Assembly (NCBI GenBank): GCA_976551045.1
Contig: CDPCPM010000060.1
Location: forward strand, 22,382,001 to 22,446,000
Source: Glaucostegus cemiculus
Taxonomy: Eukaryota
DNA length: 64,000 nucleotides
Reading direction: 5' to 3'
The stretch's first letter is position 1; every line of letters starts with the position of its first letter. The notes beneath the pieces are model-generated. The model was not told where the DNA came from. It saw only the letters and a list, made by a program, of their open reading frames with translations, and did not search any database. Below are positions 1-12,397 of the stretch, piece after piece. A program made the translations under genes and the position numbers.

Positions 1-1004
1 CCATTTCTCCTCACCTTCGATCCCTTTCCCCACCCACTGGGAGAGCTTTCCAGTTGCCTAGTGACCGCCTCGACCCACTGTTAAACTCTGCAAGTTGCTT
101 CTGCCACAACTTCTCATGAGTAGCACTGGTGGTAGATGTTGGCTAAGGCAGAAGGAGGGGGGCGGTCTACATTGCAGCCCTGAGAGTCTCTCTGATTTCT
201 TGCTTTACTGTAGAAGCCTCCACAACAATGTTATATTTCTCTTCGTTTTGCATATTCACTTCCCTCCAGAAGTGTTTGCCTGTGATGTGGACCCACAGGC
301 AATGGTTTCTGTTCTGTATCTTGCCCAAATGGCCATTACTCATTCCTCTGCATGACAACAAACAAGTACTTTGCTGATTGCAGTCCCTGATGCAGTATAG
401 CGCATCTGATTTTTGATCTTTAGCATTGGCAGTAATCAGAGCCAACACTGAGTTATCCACAGATCATATTGCTCCAGGAGTGGGTTGCTTACAGAAGGAT
501 TATAAGAATTTCCAAAATATTAGTCTGATATAGCTCACGCTAACTGTCAATCTGCTTGACTGATAAAAAAGTTCAGTGGTTGAACACCTGGAGGCTTCCA
601 GAATAAAGGACAGCTGTGACCTTGTTTACATCTGACTTCAGAAGAGTGTTTCAAAGGAATCCACATTGTTAAACTTATCTCCCCTTTACATTACTCTTTC
701 AAGTTCGAGTACCTCTATGTTTTGATTACTTTTTTCAACTCCAAGTGAATTGAATTAAAGACACCAATTAAAATGTTGGTGCCAATGAACCCCTTCTGAC
801 TGAATTGCTGGCTTTGAACCCTATAAATGAACCCACAAGCAAAAGGCAAACCTATGGTTGGGAATGCACATCAGCACTAAGTGAGGTGAAAGTGAGGCTA
901 TGTCTGATCCCAAGGTTGCCCAGACTATTGAGAATAATGGATCTATCCATCTACGGATATCAGGTCCCATCTCAGTTAATTTTATTTCATAAGACACAAG
1001 GGAC

Positions 1005-1447
1005 TGAGTTATAGAGAGGGGTTGAGCAGTCTAGGAATTTATTCATTGGAGTTTACGAGATGAGGGGTAATCGTATCGAGGTGTATAAAATCATGAGGGG
1101 AATAGATAGGGTGAATGCTCAAAGTCTTTTTCCCAGAGTTGAGGAATCAAGAACTAGAGGACATTGGATTTAGGTGAGAGGGGGAGAGATTTAAGAGGAA
1201 ACTAAGGGGCAAGCTTTTCACCCAGAGAGTGGTCAGTATACAGAATCAGCTGCCAAAAGAAGAGGTTGCGGCTGGTACATTAACAACACTTAAAAGACAC
1301 CTGGACAGGTACATGGATAGGAAAGGTTCAGGGGGATATGGGGCAATTACAGCAAATGGGACTAGCTTAGATGGGAAGCTTGGTCAGCATGGTCCAGTTG
1401 GGCTAAAGGACCTGTTTCAATGCTGTATGACTCTTATGACTCTATTT
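1005..1447 (+). mobile_element. CR1 3' fragment
   Basis: Homologous to 46990-47400 (LIEVYKIMRGIDRV, ttcacccagagagtgg, gggctaaaggacctgtt) with a (ATGACTCT)-type tail. Confidence 0.85.
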
Positions 1448-2219
1448 AACTAACGTATAAGAAAATGGAGATACCATCTTCAAAAAGTAATTGCACCATC
1501 AGTTGCTGGATATAAATGTGATTACCATAAATGTTGATAGGTAATATATCCATTCGGAAACAGAATTGAGCATTAAATAGATAGAATTTGTCTGTTGTCC
1601 CTCCACTCGACATGATAGCATTTTTAATAAGCCGCAATAAACCACTGCCAAAAATAATTTAAATTCATTAAATCAAGTCTGAACCAGACTATTTTAGATA
1701 TGGAATGAAATGCAACTATTACTCATAAATGGCAATAGAAAGATTGTGGAGTTGAGATAAGTCTTAACATACACTGTTATTGTGATAGTACTTTGTCCAG
1801 ACACACTTTTGGCTTAACAAGAATTTGACGTAGATCAGATCAAGTTGCACTCTCCTAATACTGGTGCTTGAGAAGAGTCAAATGCTTTCAACCCAATTTG
1901 TGAAACCAGCAGAGACTGCCACTGAATGAAACAGCCAGGCCATTTCCTGGCATTGTAGTAAATCCATGATCTAATGCCATAAGGCCATTAGAGAAAGGAA
2001 AGCTCTCTCTGTTGATGCGGTATCTTGACCTGAAGTGCTGACCATCCCTTTGCCTCCACAGATGCTGCTTGACCCACTGAGTTCCTCCAGCAGTTTATTT
2101 CATTTGCTCCAGGCTCCGGCATCTGCAGACTCTCGTGTCTCTCTCTGTTGATATGGGTTTTGAGATCAAGATGAAGAGAATGTGATTGATATCTAATGCA
2201 TGCTGTAATCTTGGCAACA

Positions 2220-2620
2220 GTGCTGATTACAGTGTTGTGGTCAAAAAGCTTGATATCATTCAGGAAAAGGCAGTTGGCTTGATTAGTGCCCTGTCCACCA
2301 GTCTATGGATTCACTCCCTCCAGCCAGGTACAGAGTCGTTGCACCACCTACCACTCACAAGGTGCACAGTATTTACTCATCTAGACTACTCCAACAACAC
2401 CTCTCAAGAAAACCAGAACTCAAACCTGTCACCTTTACCATTTAGGAAATCTATCATTATTTCACTTCATCATTTAAATCCTGGAACTCCCTGCCCCACG
2501 GCATTCTGGGAGAACATCCCCAGGAGGACTTCAGGGTCTCAAGAGGTGGCCCATCACCATCTTCCTCAGGGTAATTAATTTACACGACATGGGCACCTTT
2601 GGCAAAGCAAGAGTCCTGTA
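2220..2620 (+). mobile_element. Old CR1/L2-group LINE 3' fragment; an opposite-strand relative lies at about 28370-28720
   Basis: Shared blocks atcctggaactccctg and gtggcccatcaccatcttc.tcaggg.aatt occur in both places in opposite orientation. Confidence 0.5.
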
Positions 2621-2739
2621 AGAGACTAAGTGAAATGAAAAACAGTCTAACTGATATCTCCTGACCACTGGAGAAACGACAAATTTCCACTCCATTCTTA
2701 AGAGTACAGAGAAAATAAACCCAACTATTGGAGGCAGAA

Positions 2740-2925
2740 GAGATTGCAGGTGCTGGAATTTGGAGCAATGCACAAGATGCCAGAGGAACTCAACAGGTCA
2801 GGCAGCGTTTGTGAAAGGAAATAGAGTCCAGATGAAGGGTCTCAACCCAAAACGTTGACTGTCCATTTCCCTCCACAGGTGCTGCCTGACCCGCTGAGTT
2901 CCTCCGGCATCTTGGTTGTTGCAGT
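2740..2925. mobile_element. Short palindromic Penelope-end-derived element with a hammerhead-like core
   Basis: Inverted arms 2773-2822 and 2865-2914 flank AGTC-CAGATGA-A-GGGT-ctca-ACCC-AAAAC-GTT-GACT. The same terminal module ends the Penelope remnant at 62790-62920. Confidence 0.65.
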
Positions 2926-3051
2926 TAGAAACTAATTCTCTGCTCAAGGAATGACTGACAACTGAAAGGAATAAATGAGGAAGGTGGTCAAGGCAAGGGG
3001 CATTAGCCTCATTTAATAAATAGGTTACTAGTCACATGGTGACTTCCACTG

Positions 3052-4201
3052 TTAGCATTGTTAAGAGGTCTCAGACCATGGTCTAATATTAATACGTACT
3101 TTAATAGCTTTTTGGATATGGTACCATCAAACCACTTTAAAGGTCGAAGGAGATTTGCATTTAGGTTAAGGTGTACAGTATCTACTGTGGAGGGAGAATG
3201 GTAGGGTTGGTATTCCAAAAAGGGAACATCAGATGAGCCTCATCCAGTAAACATAATGAAGGCAAAGTACTAGTAACAGTGGAAGTCACTACATTCCCCT
3301 GACAGTCTCTGGTTACATCCAGACAACAATGATGTCAGCCACTGGTGTCCAACTGTGCAACCTCACCCCGACTGATGGAGTAGGCATTATAGTAGAAGAG
3401 TTTCTTTTGTCACTGTCAAAGCAAATGGGCAGGCACGGGAGCACAGTGGTTAGCACAATGCTTTACAGCGCCAGCGACCCGAGTTCAAATCCGGCCACTG
3501 TCTGTAAGGAGTTTGTACATTCTCCCTGTGTCTGTGTGGGTTTCCTCCGGGTGCTGCAGTTTCCTCCCACATTCCAAAGAGGTACAGATTAGGAAGTTAT
3601 GGGCATGCTATGTTGGCGCCAGAAGCGTGGCGACACTTGCAGGCTCGCCCCCAAAATCACTACACAAAAGATGTGTTTCGATATACATGTGACTAATAAA
3701 GATCTGATCTTATCTTAAATGGAAACTGTGCCTGTGAGAGATTAGATACTTGCTTTATTCTGAATGGAGTCCAACAACTGCATAAATCATTTAGCATTTA
3801 AGTATGGCAGTTTTTGCCCTGGAATTATAAATTAACAATCCAGGAACAAGCTTTGCAATGTAATTATGCTGCATGAAAGATATGATTTACTGTGGGAAAG
3901 CAAAATAATCCTATCTTTTTTATGTACAATCTTGTACATGGTGCTGATGTACAATCTTATCTTATCTGATCATCAATGCACAGTAAACTGGAAAAACTGC
4001 CATTAGGTGCTTAATAAATACATGAATGATATATACATATGAATGGTGAGAATGTGACTACCTATTCACTTCTTCAGTGACCGGTAACCGGAATGCAAAT
4101 CTCCTCAGACCTTTGAAATGGTTTGATGATACCATATCCAAAAAGCTATTAAGGTATGTATTAATGTTAGACCATGGACCAGGACCTCTTAACAATGCCA
4201 A
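3052..4201. repeat. Pair of about 117-bp inverted repeats (3052-3168 and 4085-4201)
   Basis: gcattgttaagaggtc...ccatggtctaa.attaatac.tac.ttaatagctttttggatatggta.catcaaacca.tt.aaaggtc..aggagatttgcatt..ggtta occurs forward at 3055 and reverse-complemented at 4085-4198. Confidence 0.85.
3427..3717 (+). mobile_element. tRNA-derived V-SINE-type SINE, type A (Rex1-like tail)
   Basis: A/B-box head, V-like core gggtttcctccgggtgct.cagtttcctcccaca, tail catgtgactaataaaga(tctta)n. Confidence 0.88.
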
Positions 4202-4519
4202 AGTAGACCTTGTGAATTGTCTGCAAGAGCAGCGCACTGGATGTTGCTCAATATAAAACCATTGCATAACTTTAAAGAACTCTAATCAAAGTCAAAGTGG
4301 AGCTTATTGTCAAATGCATGTGTGCACGTATGCACAGGTGCAATGAAAAGCTTACTTGCGGCAACATCACAGGCACATAGCATTAGAGACACAATATTCA
4401 CAAGGAAAACATAGGATAACCTCACAGTGTTTACATTTCTAGAGAAGAGAATCCCACTCAGAGTTACCTTCATTTCTACATTCTTCGTTTCCATTCTCAT
4501 GAAAAATAATGTTTCCTCT

Positions 4520-4790
4520 AGTGCAGTACCTTGAGATCAAGATGACTTGCTTCTACTCCAATTCTGTAGGTCCTGAAATAACTGATGAGGCCAATTTTGG
4601 GCCCACGAAGTCTGTGCCCGGTGAACCAGGAGACACTTGGTGCAGCAGCCAGGAGGGTAGTTTGGACCTTCTGCTGATTATGATGGGCTTCTGTGTGTTG
4701 TCAACATATGGACTCAAGGTTCTCAGTGCCAGTCCAAATGTTTTTCTCCACCTTTATGTCAGGGCTACTGATTCCCAGGAGTTGGTGTAA
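4520..4790 (-). mobile_element. Short degraded RTE-like fragment
   Basis: Contains tctgtaggtcctgaaataactgatgaggccaat and gactcaaggttctcagtgcc, resembling RTE end sequences from memory. Confidence 0.35.
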
Positions 4791-4796
4791 TACATA

Positions 4797-5052
4797 TTTT
4801 TTTTAATTTAAAAAAATTATTTACAGCGTGGTAACAGGTCCTTCCAGCCCAAGAAGTCCACCCCACCCATTTTAAACCCAAATTAACCTACCTGTACGTC
4901 TTTTGAAATGTGGGAGGAAACCGGAGCACCCAGAGGAAACCCAGGCAGACATGGGAGAACGTACAAACTCCTTACAGACAGCGACGGGAATCGAACCCCG
5001 ATCGCTGGTGCTGTAATAGCATCACGCTAACCTCTACGATACCATGCTGCCC
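4797..5052 (-). mobile_element. SINE type B
   Basis: Reverse complement of the 26727 copy. Confidence 0.88.
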
Positions 5053-8000
5053 CTTTTCAAGGAGATTTTTGCCACACCCATGATTTTTCCCCCTGTATTT
5101 TCCCATGACAAAGCTCAGAGTAACTACTACTTAATAGTAGCTTTGTTTACTCATTTGCTCTCACCCTATCAGAGATATTTCTGCCGCTCTATCCACCTCT
5201 CCCCACATTTTCTTTCTTTCCCCTGTTCGAATGAAGGGACGATGAACTGAAACGTTAACTGTTCCTCATTCCATGATGCTGCAGGCCTCTTTGGGGAGTC
5301 TTGTGGTAAACACTGGAACAATGTGACCTGCTCAGTGGAGTTGACCAAGTACAGTTAACCTCAGTGCTGAAGATGTTAGCAAGTTATTTGTTAATTTATT
5401 TGCCTGTGGATCTGGAGGATTTTGCGTACACAGCTTTGATGGTATCTTTCTTGTGTCCTAGGTTAGTTTAGGTCATGGAAGTATATGGGAAGATAGGAAT
5501 CACTGCTGCTCATAAGATCATCAGTTTAGTGACGGGTTTGAGGGTTTGATCCTGAATCATTCTTTTTCTCAGGTAGCTGGATGTGATGCAGGTACATTGA
5601 AGGTGATGCCTATCTTCACTGAGGGGTGGCTCCCAAGATATAGGAGAAGGTCCATGCTTGCCATCGTCTTGTCATTCAATGAAAACAGAAAATGCTGGAA
5701 ACAGTCAGCAGGTCAGGCAGTGTACGAGGAATGAGAAACAGTCAACGTGTTCCTGAATATGTGTGCAATACTACAGAAAGAGGCAGATAAGATCATATCA
5801 ATGCTGTGCTTTCAATTGAGAATGTCATCATTGGTTCAACAATGTTTGCTTTTAAAATACTCATCTTCATTTTCATCCCTTTGACCCCTCTGCCTTTCTC
5901 CAATAATGGCCTCTTGAGGATCCCTGATGTTAATTGCTTCACCACAGGCAGCAAGGCACTGGAAATGCTATCATTAACCTATCCCCTGTTCTTCCCCTCC
6001 TTTAAGAAGCTCCTTAGAATCTACCCCTTTGACCAGACTTTTGAACATCTGCACTATTATCTCTTTCTGTAGGTCACTGTCAAAGTTTGTTCCATAGAAC
6101 AAAGGTGCCCGTGAAGGGCCTTGGAATTAAAAACATTCAGGTTGGAACAGAGCCTTGGAATATTTATTCCATTAGAAGCATTATACTAATACATGTTGTT
6201 GTTAAAAGCAGTAAAGAAAGTGTTAAATGGATTTTTTTCTTGCATTTGTGTAGTGCCTTCAACGTCCTCAAAATATCTCCAGTCACTTTAAGCCAATAAA
6301 GTCATTTTGAAATGTAGTCACTATTGCAAAGCAATAATCAATGTTCATTGAGCATTATCTCACAAACAAATAACAAAATGATATATCCTTCAGTCAGCGG
6401 CACTGAACAGAAGAGCGTTTGGTAATTTTTCTAATTATTGGTGGGACAATGCTCAATGAAAACTGATTATTGCTTTGCAACAGTGACTATACTTAAAAAT
6501 GACCTTATGCTATAATGATTAGAGGCATAGATTAGAGGATGTATCCTCCACCTCTTAAAGTACCTGAGCAGCGGATGGACGTTTTTTTAATTTCTCATCG
6601 AAATGGAAGCACCTCCATCAGTGCACCACTCCCTCAGTACTGATCGCAGTGGCAACTTTGATTTGCTCTGAAGACAAGCTTCAATTCAGTACCTTCCCAT
6701 CAGAAGCAAAAGCTCAGTCAAGGATGAAGTAGATAAGATTGCTTCTAAAGGAGGAGACTTATAGCAAACTGCTTTTGTTTGGAGACTGCCAACAGGTGTG
6801 TCCATCTCATTTCCAGCACAATGCTATTGTATAATTCTATCAAAGGCAAGCAATCTGATAATACATTTTGACACGGCTTACATAATTGCATCATGTTATT
6901 GCCAAGTGGCATTTAAATCATGGTGGTATTTCCCCTTTAAGAATTATTTTCCTTCCTCAGAGGCTTTCTTAGGGTTGATTAAATTAACCATATTCTGTGT
7001 CCAAGCAAAGCTAATTACTTGGATAGTTTGCCAGTGAAAAGTTGCTGCTCTTCGCACACTGCAGCCAACTGTGTGAAAAGATAGCCAAACATTCCTCTTT
7101 TTATTTGATCTTCAGCATACATACAGGTGAACACTATACGCGACCACATGATATAGAGATTCGTTCAGGCAAACGCGAACCAAATTTCAACAATGACCTG
7201 TTCTGGAATAGAGAGACTTGAGGTGTATCTGTCACACAAAAATGTGACCTTTTGCTGACCACAAGTTCATTTAATTATATTTTCCCCCAAGAACTTAAAA
7301 ATAAAGCCAAATCCATTTTTAGAAAAAATAAGATAAGGATTATTGAATCTTGTCCAGAATGCTAAGTTCCTCTTTTGGCCATCAGCTATTTTGCTTCTGA
7401 TTCATCAGTCAGATATATATGAATTAGTATTCCAATAAAATTTAAAAATTTCTCAAAATTCTTTGACTGACAAGTTGACTTAACCACTAATGTGGCTAAA
7501 TCTGGATTTATATCTCAACTCAGTTTTACTAACCACCAAGAATTGGTGTTGTTGTGAAGTCACATCATCAGTAACTACTTGGAGCTATTTTGTGTCTTCA
7601 AGTAGTTAAAACATCTTGAGACACAGGGGTGCAATCAAACAAAAAGCTGACATAGTGCCAAAGGAGGAAGCACCAGAGCAGGTTAACGAAAGCTTGATCA
7701 GAGATGTGCATCATAAGGAACATCTTAAAAAAGATTTAAGAAGGGAATTCCAGAGCTTTAGGGCCAAACTGCTAAAGTGAGGCCTGCCAATGGCAAGGCA
7801 AAGAAAGTGGGAGGGGAGTGGCTGCAAAAGAGGCCAGAGTAAGAATATCACTGTGTTCTTGGACTATTGTTCAACTGGAGGAGATGATTGAAATAGAGTG
7901 AGGTTTTTACATGCATTTTAAAATCAAGGTGTAGTCAGAATATATAAAATGTATTTAACAGTTAAACATCTCACAATATTAATTTTGCAATACTCTACAT

Positions 8001-8269
8001 GTTGAAACTAGAGTATGCTATTGAAATTGATGCTTAATGATATCAATCTGCCGTCTGAAATTTATTTGCTTTTCTAAGAGTAAATTTTAAAAGAGGTGGA
8101 AGATCAAAGAAAAACTTACATGGTCTTAGTCTGAAGTCTGAGTGTGGTATCAGGGGGGTTGGTATTTGTTGTAGTAAATTGTTCTCCTTTATCCTTTTTA
8201 TTCCATGTATTTATCATATGCATGTTTACTCAGGCATGCAAATGTTTTATTGCAGCTCCCTTACATGGA

Positions 8270-8470
8270 GAGTGTAATCTGTGGAATGAGAAAGAGAATT
8301 AAATTTTCAGGTCAAACAACTTTCATCAGAATGGTTCTGATGAAAGGTCATTGTCTTGAAATGCTAATTCCGTTTCCCTCTCCACAGATGCTGCTTGACC
8401 TGCTGAGTAACTGTATAATTTTCTGTTATTAATTCAGATTCCAGCACCAGCATTTTTATGCTTTTCAGAA
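8270..8470. mobile_element. Palindromic Penelope-end-derived element with hammerhead-like cores on both strands
   Basis: CTGATGA-N14-GAAA on + (8337-8361) and on - (8329-8305), head to head, followed by ccacagatgctgcttgacctgctgagt. Confidence 0.6.
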
Positions 8471-9204
8471 CCTTTGCTGTGTGAAGGAAATCTGTAAGTG
8501 CTTAAGATTCTGCAGAGTAGATTTTGTTCAATACAGCTTATTGAAAAACAGCCCTCTCTTTCAGATCTGTGATATGTTTTTTTTTATTTTTGTTAAATAC
8601 TGACCAGGGGGTGGCAATTCTGAAATGACTTGTTATAAAATCAAGGAAATAAAATATTTATTTTGTTTTAAACATTAAGGACAGCACACATTTCAACTGT
8701 AGATCCAAGTTATATATGGATTATGTGATTGGTGAATTATTTTACAGAGAAATAAGACTATTGGTTAGGAAGCCATCCTGGTGTATACACTAAACGTGCT
8801 TTATTGCAGTGTTGGCAGATTGCACTCCATCTTGATGCAAATAGAACTTTATTTCAGAGATAATGTACAATCCTCTGTCAACAACTGACCAGGAATGAAT
8901 TTCTAATGAATGTTTTTTTTTCTGTCACACATAACAAAATACTAAATTGCCTTAAATAATAAACAAAAAATTCTGGAAACACTCAGCAGGTCAGGCAGCA
9001 TCTGTGGCAAGAGAAACAGAATTAATGTTTCAGGTCCAAAAGCCTTTGTCAGAACTGGAAAAAAAGAGAAAACAAGTTAATTTTCAATAGCAGAGAAGGA
9101 GGGGGAAGGATGGGTCCTACAAAGGGACTATCTCTGACAGGATGAGGCCAAATGAGTTAATTGGTCTGTAAGAGATTGTTTTTTGTTGCATACCTATTGT
9201 AAAA

Positions 9205-9450
9205 TGAGAGATGGACTCTGACCTCACAATCTACCTTGCTGTGACCTTGCACCTTATTGCACTGCACTTTCTCTGTACCTGTGACGCTTTACTCTGTACT
9301 GTTATTGTTTTTACCTGTACTACCTCAATGCACTCTGTACTAACTCAATGTAACTGCACTGTGTAATGAATTGACCTGTACGCTTGGTATGGAAGACAAG
9401 TTTTTCACTGTACCTCGGTACAAGTGACAATTATGAACCAATACTAATAA
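9205..9450 (+). mobile_element. Rex1/Babar-like 3' UTR-only copy; similar copies at about 9780-9940(-), 29370-29620(-), 30105-30380(-), 35790-36115(-), 50295-50565(+), 51930-52205(+), 62070-62325(+)
   Basis: Near-identical to 63825-64000 (gactctgacctcacaatctacctt...ccttgcaccttattgcactgcactttctctgta). Confidence 0.85.
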
Positions 9451-11800
9451 AATCAAAACTGTACTAATTGCCTACTTACTTCTTATGACCTGAAGGTATG
9501 TGGAGAAACTCAATGGACAAAATATTATCTGTTTATAAAAGTTGAAGAGGCACAAAAGACACATTCAACTCAAATCTGCAAACGTACATCGACATCATAT
9601 CTATATCACATGGAATATGCAGCACAGAAACATCCCAATCAGTCAGTGGACGTGCGCCACAAAAATCTTCTCCCACTCACTTCTAAAGAAGTGTCTGCAG
9701 AGTTCCCATTCCAAGTATTGTCGCCTATGTTATATTAATGGTTCTCAACTTTGGTTCAAGTTGAGGAGTATCTTCTTAATGGTAAATTGGTCAATTGATT
9801 ATTATTGTCAGGTACAGTGAGGTACAGTGAAAACCTTTGTTTTGCATGCCATCCATACAGATCATATCATTACAACAGTGCATTGAGGTAGTACAAGGGA
9901 AAACAATTAACGAATTCAGAATAAAATGTTGCAGTGTTAAAATGTTCTTCTGCCAAACCCATCAAAAAAAATCAGTTTTAAAGTCCTCCATTAGCTCTCA
10001 TCTGTTCAACATTTCACAATAAGTATGACCTCCAATTTTTGGTATACTTTTTGCACCTATATCTCTATATCCATTTTGCAATCTATTTACAATTTCTTAA
10101 ATATTTAAAATCCCATGTTCTTCCTGGAAACTTTTAGACATTGCGCAAATTAGTTGCACTATTGCACTATGACAACATTGACTAGACTTAGTAAGTACTT
10201 AATTACAGTGTCCTTTGAAGCATCCTGTTCATGAAAGATGCCAATTTAATGCAACTTCCTTATTCCATCATAACTTTCTTTGTGTACATTTGTAACGAAG
10301 ACTGTCTATGTAATCATATGTTAATATAACTGATTCCTCCATTGCCTCACACCTCAACCCCCAATATTGCCATACCATCATTAACAAGAAAATATAATTA
10401 TGTGATGGCAAGTTTACACGTGTAGTTTCTGTAGAAGTTTATGAAGGAAATGCAAAAATAAGAACAGAAGATGTGACTTCAAATTGGACAAGGTTTTTAT
10501 CTGGGATCACTCTTAATCTTGACTTCTAAATTCTCTTGAAATTTACCAGGAAGCCAAGAGATCATAATGATTCTAACCGTTGGATCTCATCAAAATGTCA
10601 TGGGCTGATTTCACATATGGAATAATTTTATTTGGTCATGTTCATTTTATCCTGTGTAAACTCCTGTTCCATGATATTTTTTTGTTTACTTATTTTGTCA
10701 TAATATATTAATAAATAACTCAACTAAGTGATTGTAATATTATTGAAGTTAAAACTGTGCAAATGTTGAATTTAACCAATCCTGTTACCATTGGATAACA
10801 TACTCACAGGCACTCTTACAAGAGTATTGGGATAATACATGCAAATATCTGAACAATAATTAACACAGTCTCATAAAAGGTAAAAAGTATACTGAATAAA
10901 TTTACAGTTTGGTCAGATTTATCCACTTCAGCCTTGTTGTAACACTTCAATTTAGTGTTCCTGTGCTGTATTGTTCTATGTTCTATGTTTAGTTAAATGT
11001 AAAACTGTGGTCAAAATGCTGAAATACTCTGAAATTCCTGTGGTGCTGGCGAACTGCTTTGTTACAGATCAAACTAAACTTCTGTGATTTCTTTCCTCTT
11101 TTGTATTTTATCGAAATTTAATTCAAGAGTTAGGTTCACTGTGGAATGGATTAGAAGAGAAGACCAATATCAAAGCCAAACAAAACCTGCAGAGGTATGG
11201 AAGATATATTTTTCCCTGAACAAGATTTTTCAACATTACTGAAATACCATACACATTGCTATTAAATATTCCTTCTGCAAAGGGCAATGAATTAAAGAAC
11301 AGGATCTATGAAGATTTTTCCTGCTTATTTGACCCTAAACTTCATTTTCTTGCTCCTGAGAGATGATATTGATGCAGGATAAAGGAGTGGAAATAGGGGA
11401 TGGGACTGGGGGGGAATATGGTGGAGTGCAAGGGGACAATGGTACAACATGTCTAACTATGGGTATGAACAGGTGACAGAATTAATGGACATTCTTAGTA
11501 CTTTCCTAAGTTGATCATTTTTATGATAAAATCAGCTTCTTAATCGTGCCCACTAAATAATTATTGTTATGGAATAGGAGCTGTTGTTTATAAAGATTCA
11601 GATATATCATTTCCTTTGTGATATGGTGTATGGTTTTTGACCAGCAATGATATGTTTGACTCAAGTGTTTACAATAGTTTTGTGCACAGAAAGTCAGGAC
11701 AAATCTCTCTGTCCAGTTCTGCAACTGTAAATACAAAATAGTATCTGGGCTTGAACTTTTTTGAGGCAGTTTAGCATTTTATTCATCTGGATTAGCTGGG

Positions 11801-12078
11801 ATGGCACAGTAGCATAGTGGTTAGCACAATGTTTTACAGCGCCAGCGACCCAGGTTCAAATCCGGCCACTGTCTGTAAGGAGTTAGTACGTTCTTCCCGT
11901 GTCTGTGTGGGTTTCCTCCCACATTCCAACGACGTACAGGTTAGGAAGTTGTGGGCATGCGATGTTGGCACCGGAAGCGTGGCGACACTTGCGGGCTGCC
12001 CCCCAAAATCACTATGCAAAAAAGATGTATTTCACTGTGTGTTTCGATGTACATGTGACTAATAAAGATCTTATCTTA
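11801..12078 (+). mobile_element. SINE type A
   Basis: A box TAGCATAGTGG at 11810-11820, B box GGTTCAAATCC at 11853-11863; same body and tail as the 3427 copy. Confidence 0.9.
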
Positions 12079-12391
12079 GCTCACCTCCCATCTGCCTCTT
12101 TCCAGGCTGAAAAACCTGGAGCATTGCAATTCTTTCTCATGATCCAGGTTTTTTATATTAGGAATGAATCCCAGGACTATTTTCTGCATTGCCTTCAAGA
12201 TTTCAATCCTTTCTGTCAAGTCAACAGAACTTGTGATGGATGCAGTGAACACCAAGGACTGACTAGAATTTAGAGACTTGTTTGTGATTAGTCATCTTTG
12301 TTCTTTCCCCCCATCACACAGGATTTTCATGATTATGCTTAGATTTTAATGTCAAGGACCACACAATTTTGGAAGGTACTTTAAAATTACT

Positions 12392-12397
12392 TTTAAT
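12392..12397 (-). other. Candidate distal polyadenylation signal (ATTAAA) for FGF4; proximal AATAAA candidates at 14133-14128 and 13059-13054
   Basis: The hexamers are seen directly. 12.4-15.1 kb lacks recognisable repeats and is U-rich on the minus strand, like a 3' UTR. Which site is used is unknown. Confidence 0.35.

Noticed and set aside
11801-11875. tRNA genes
   Set aside because: The A/B-box heads continue into SINE core and tail, so they are SINE heads.
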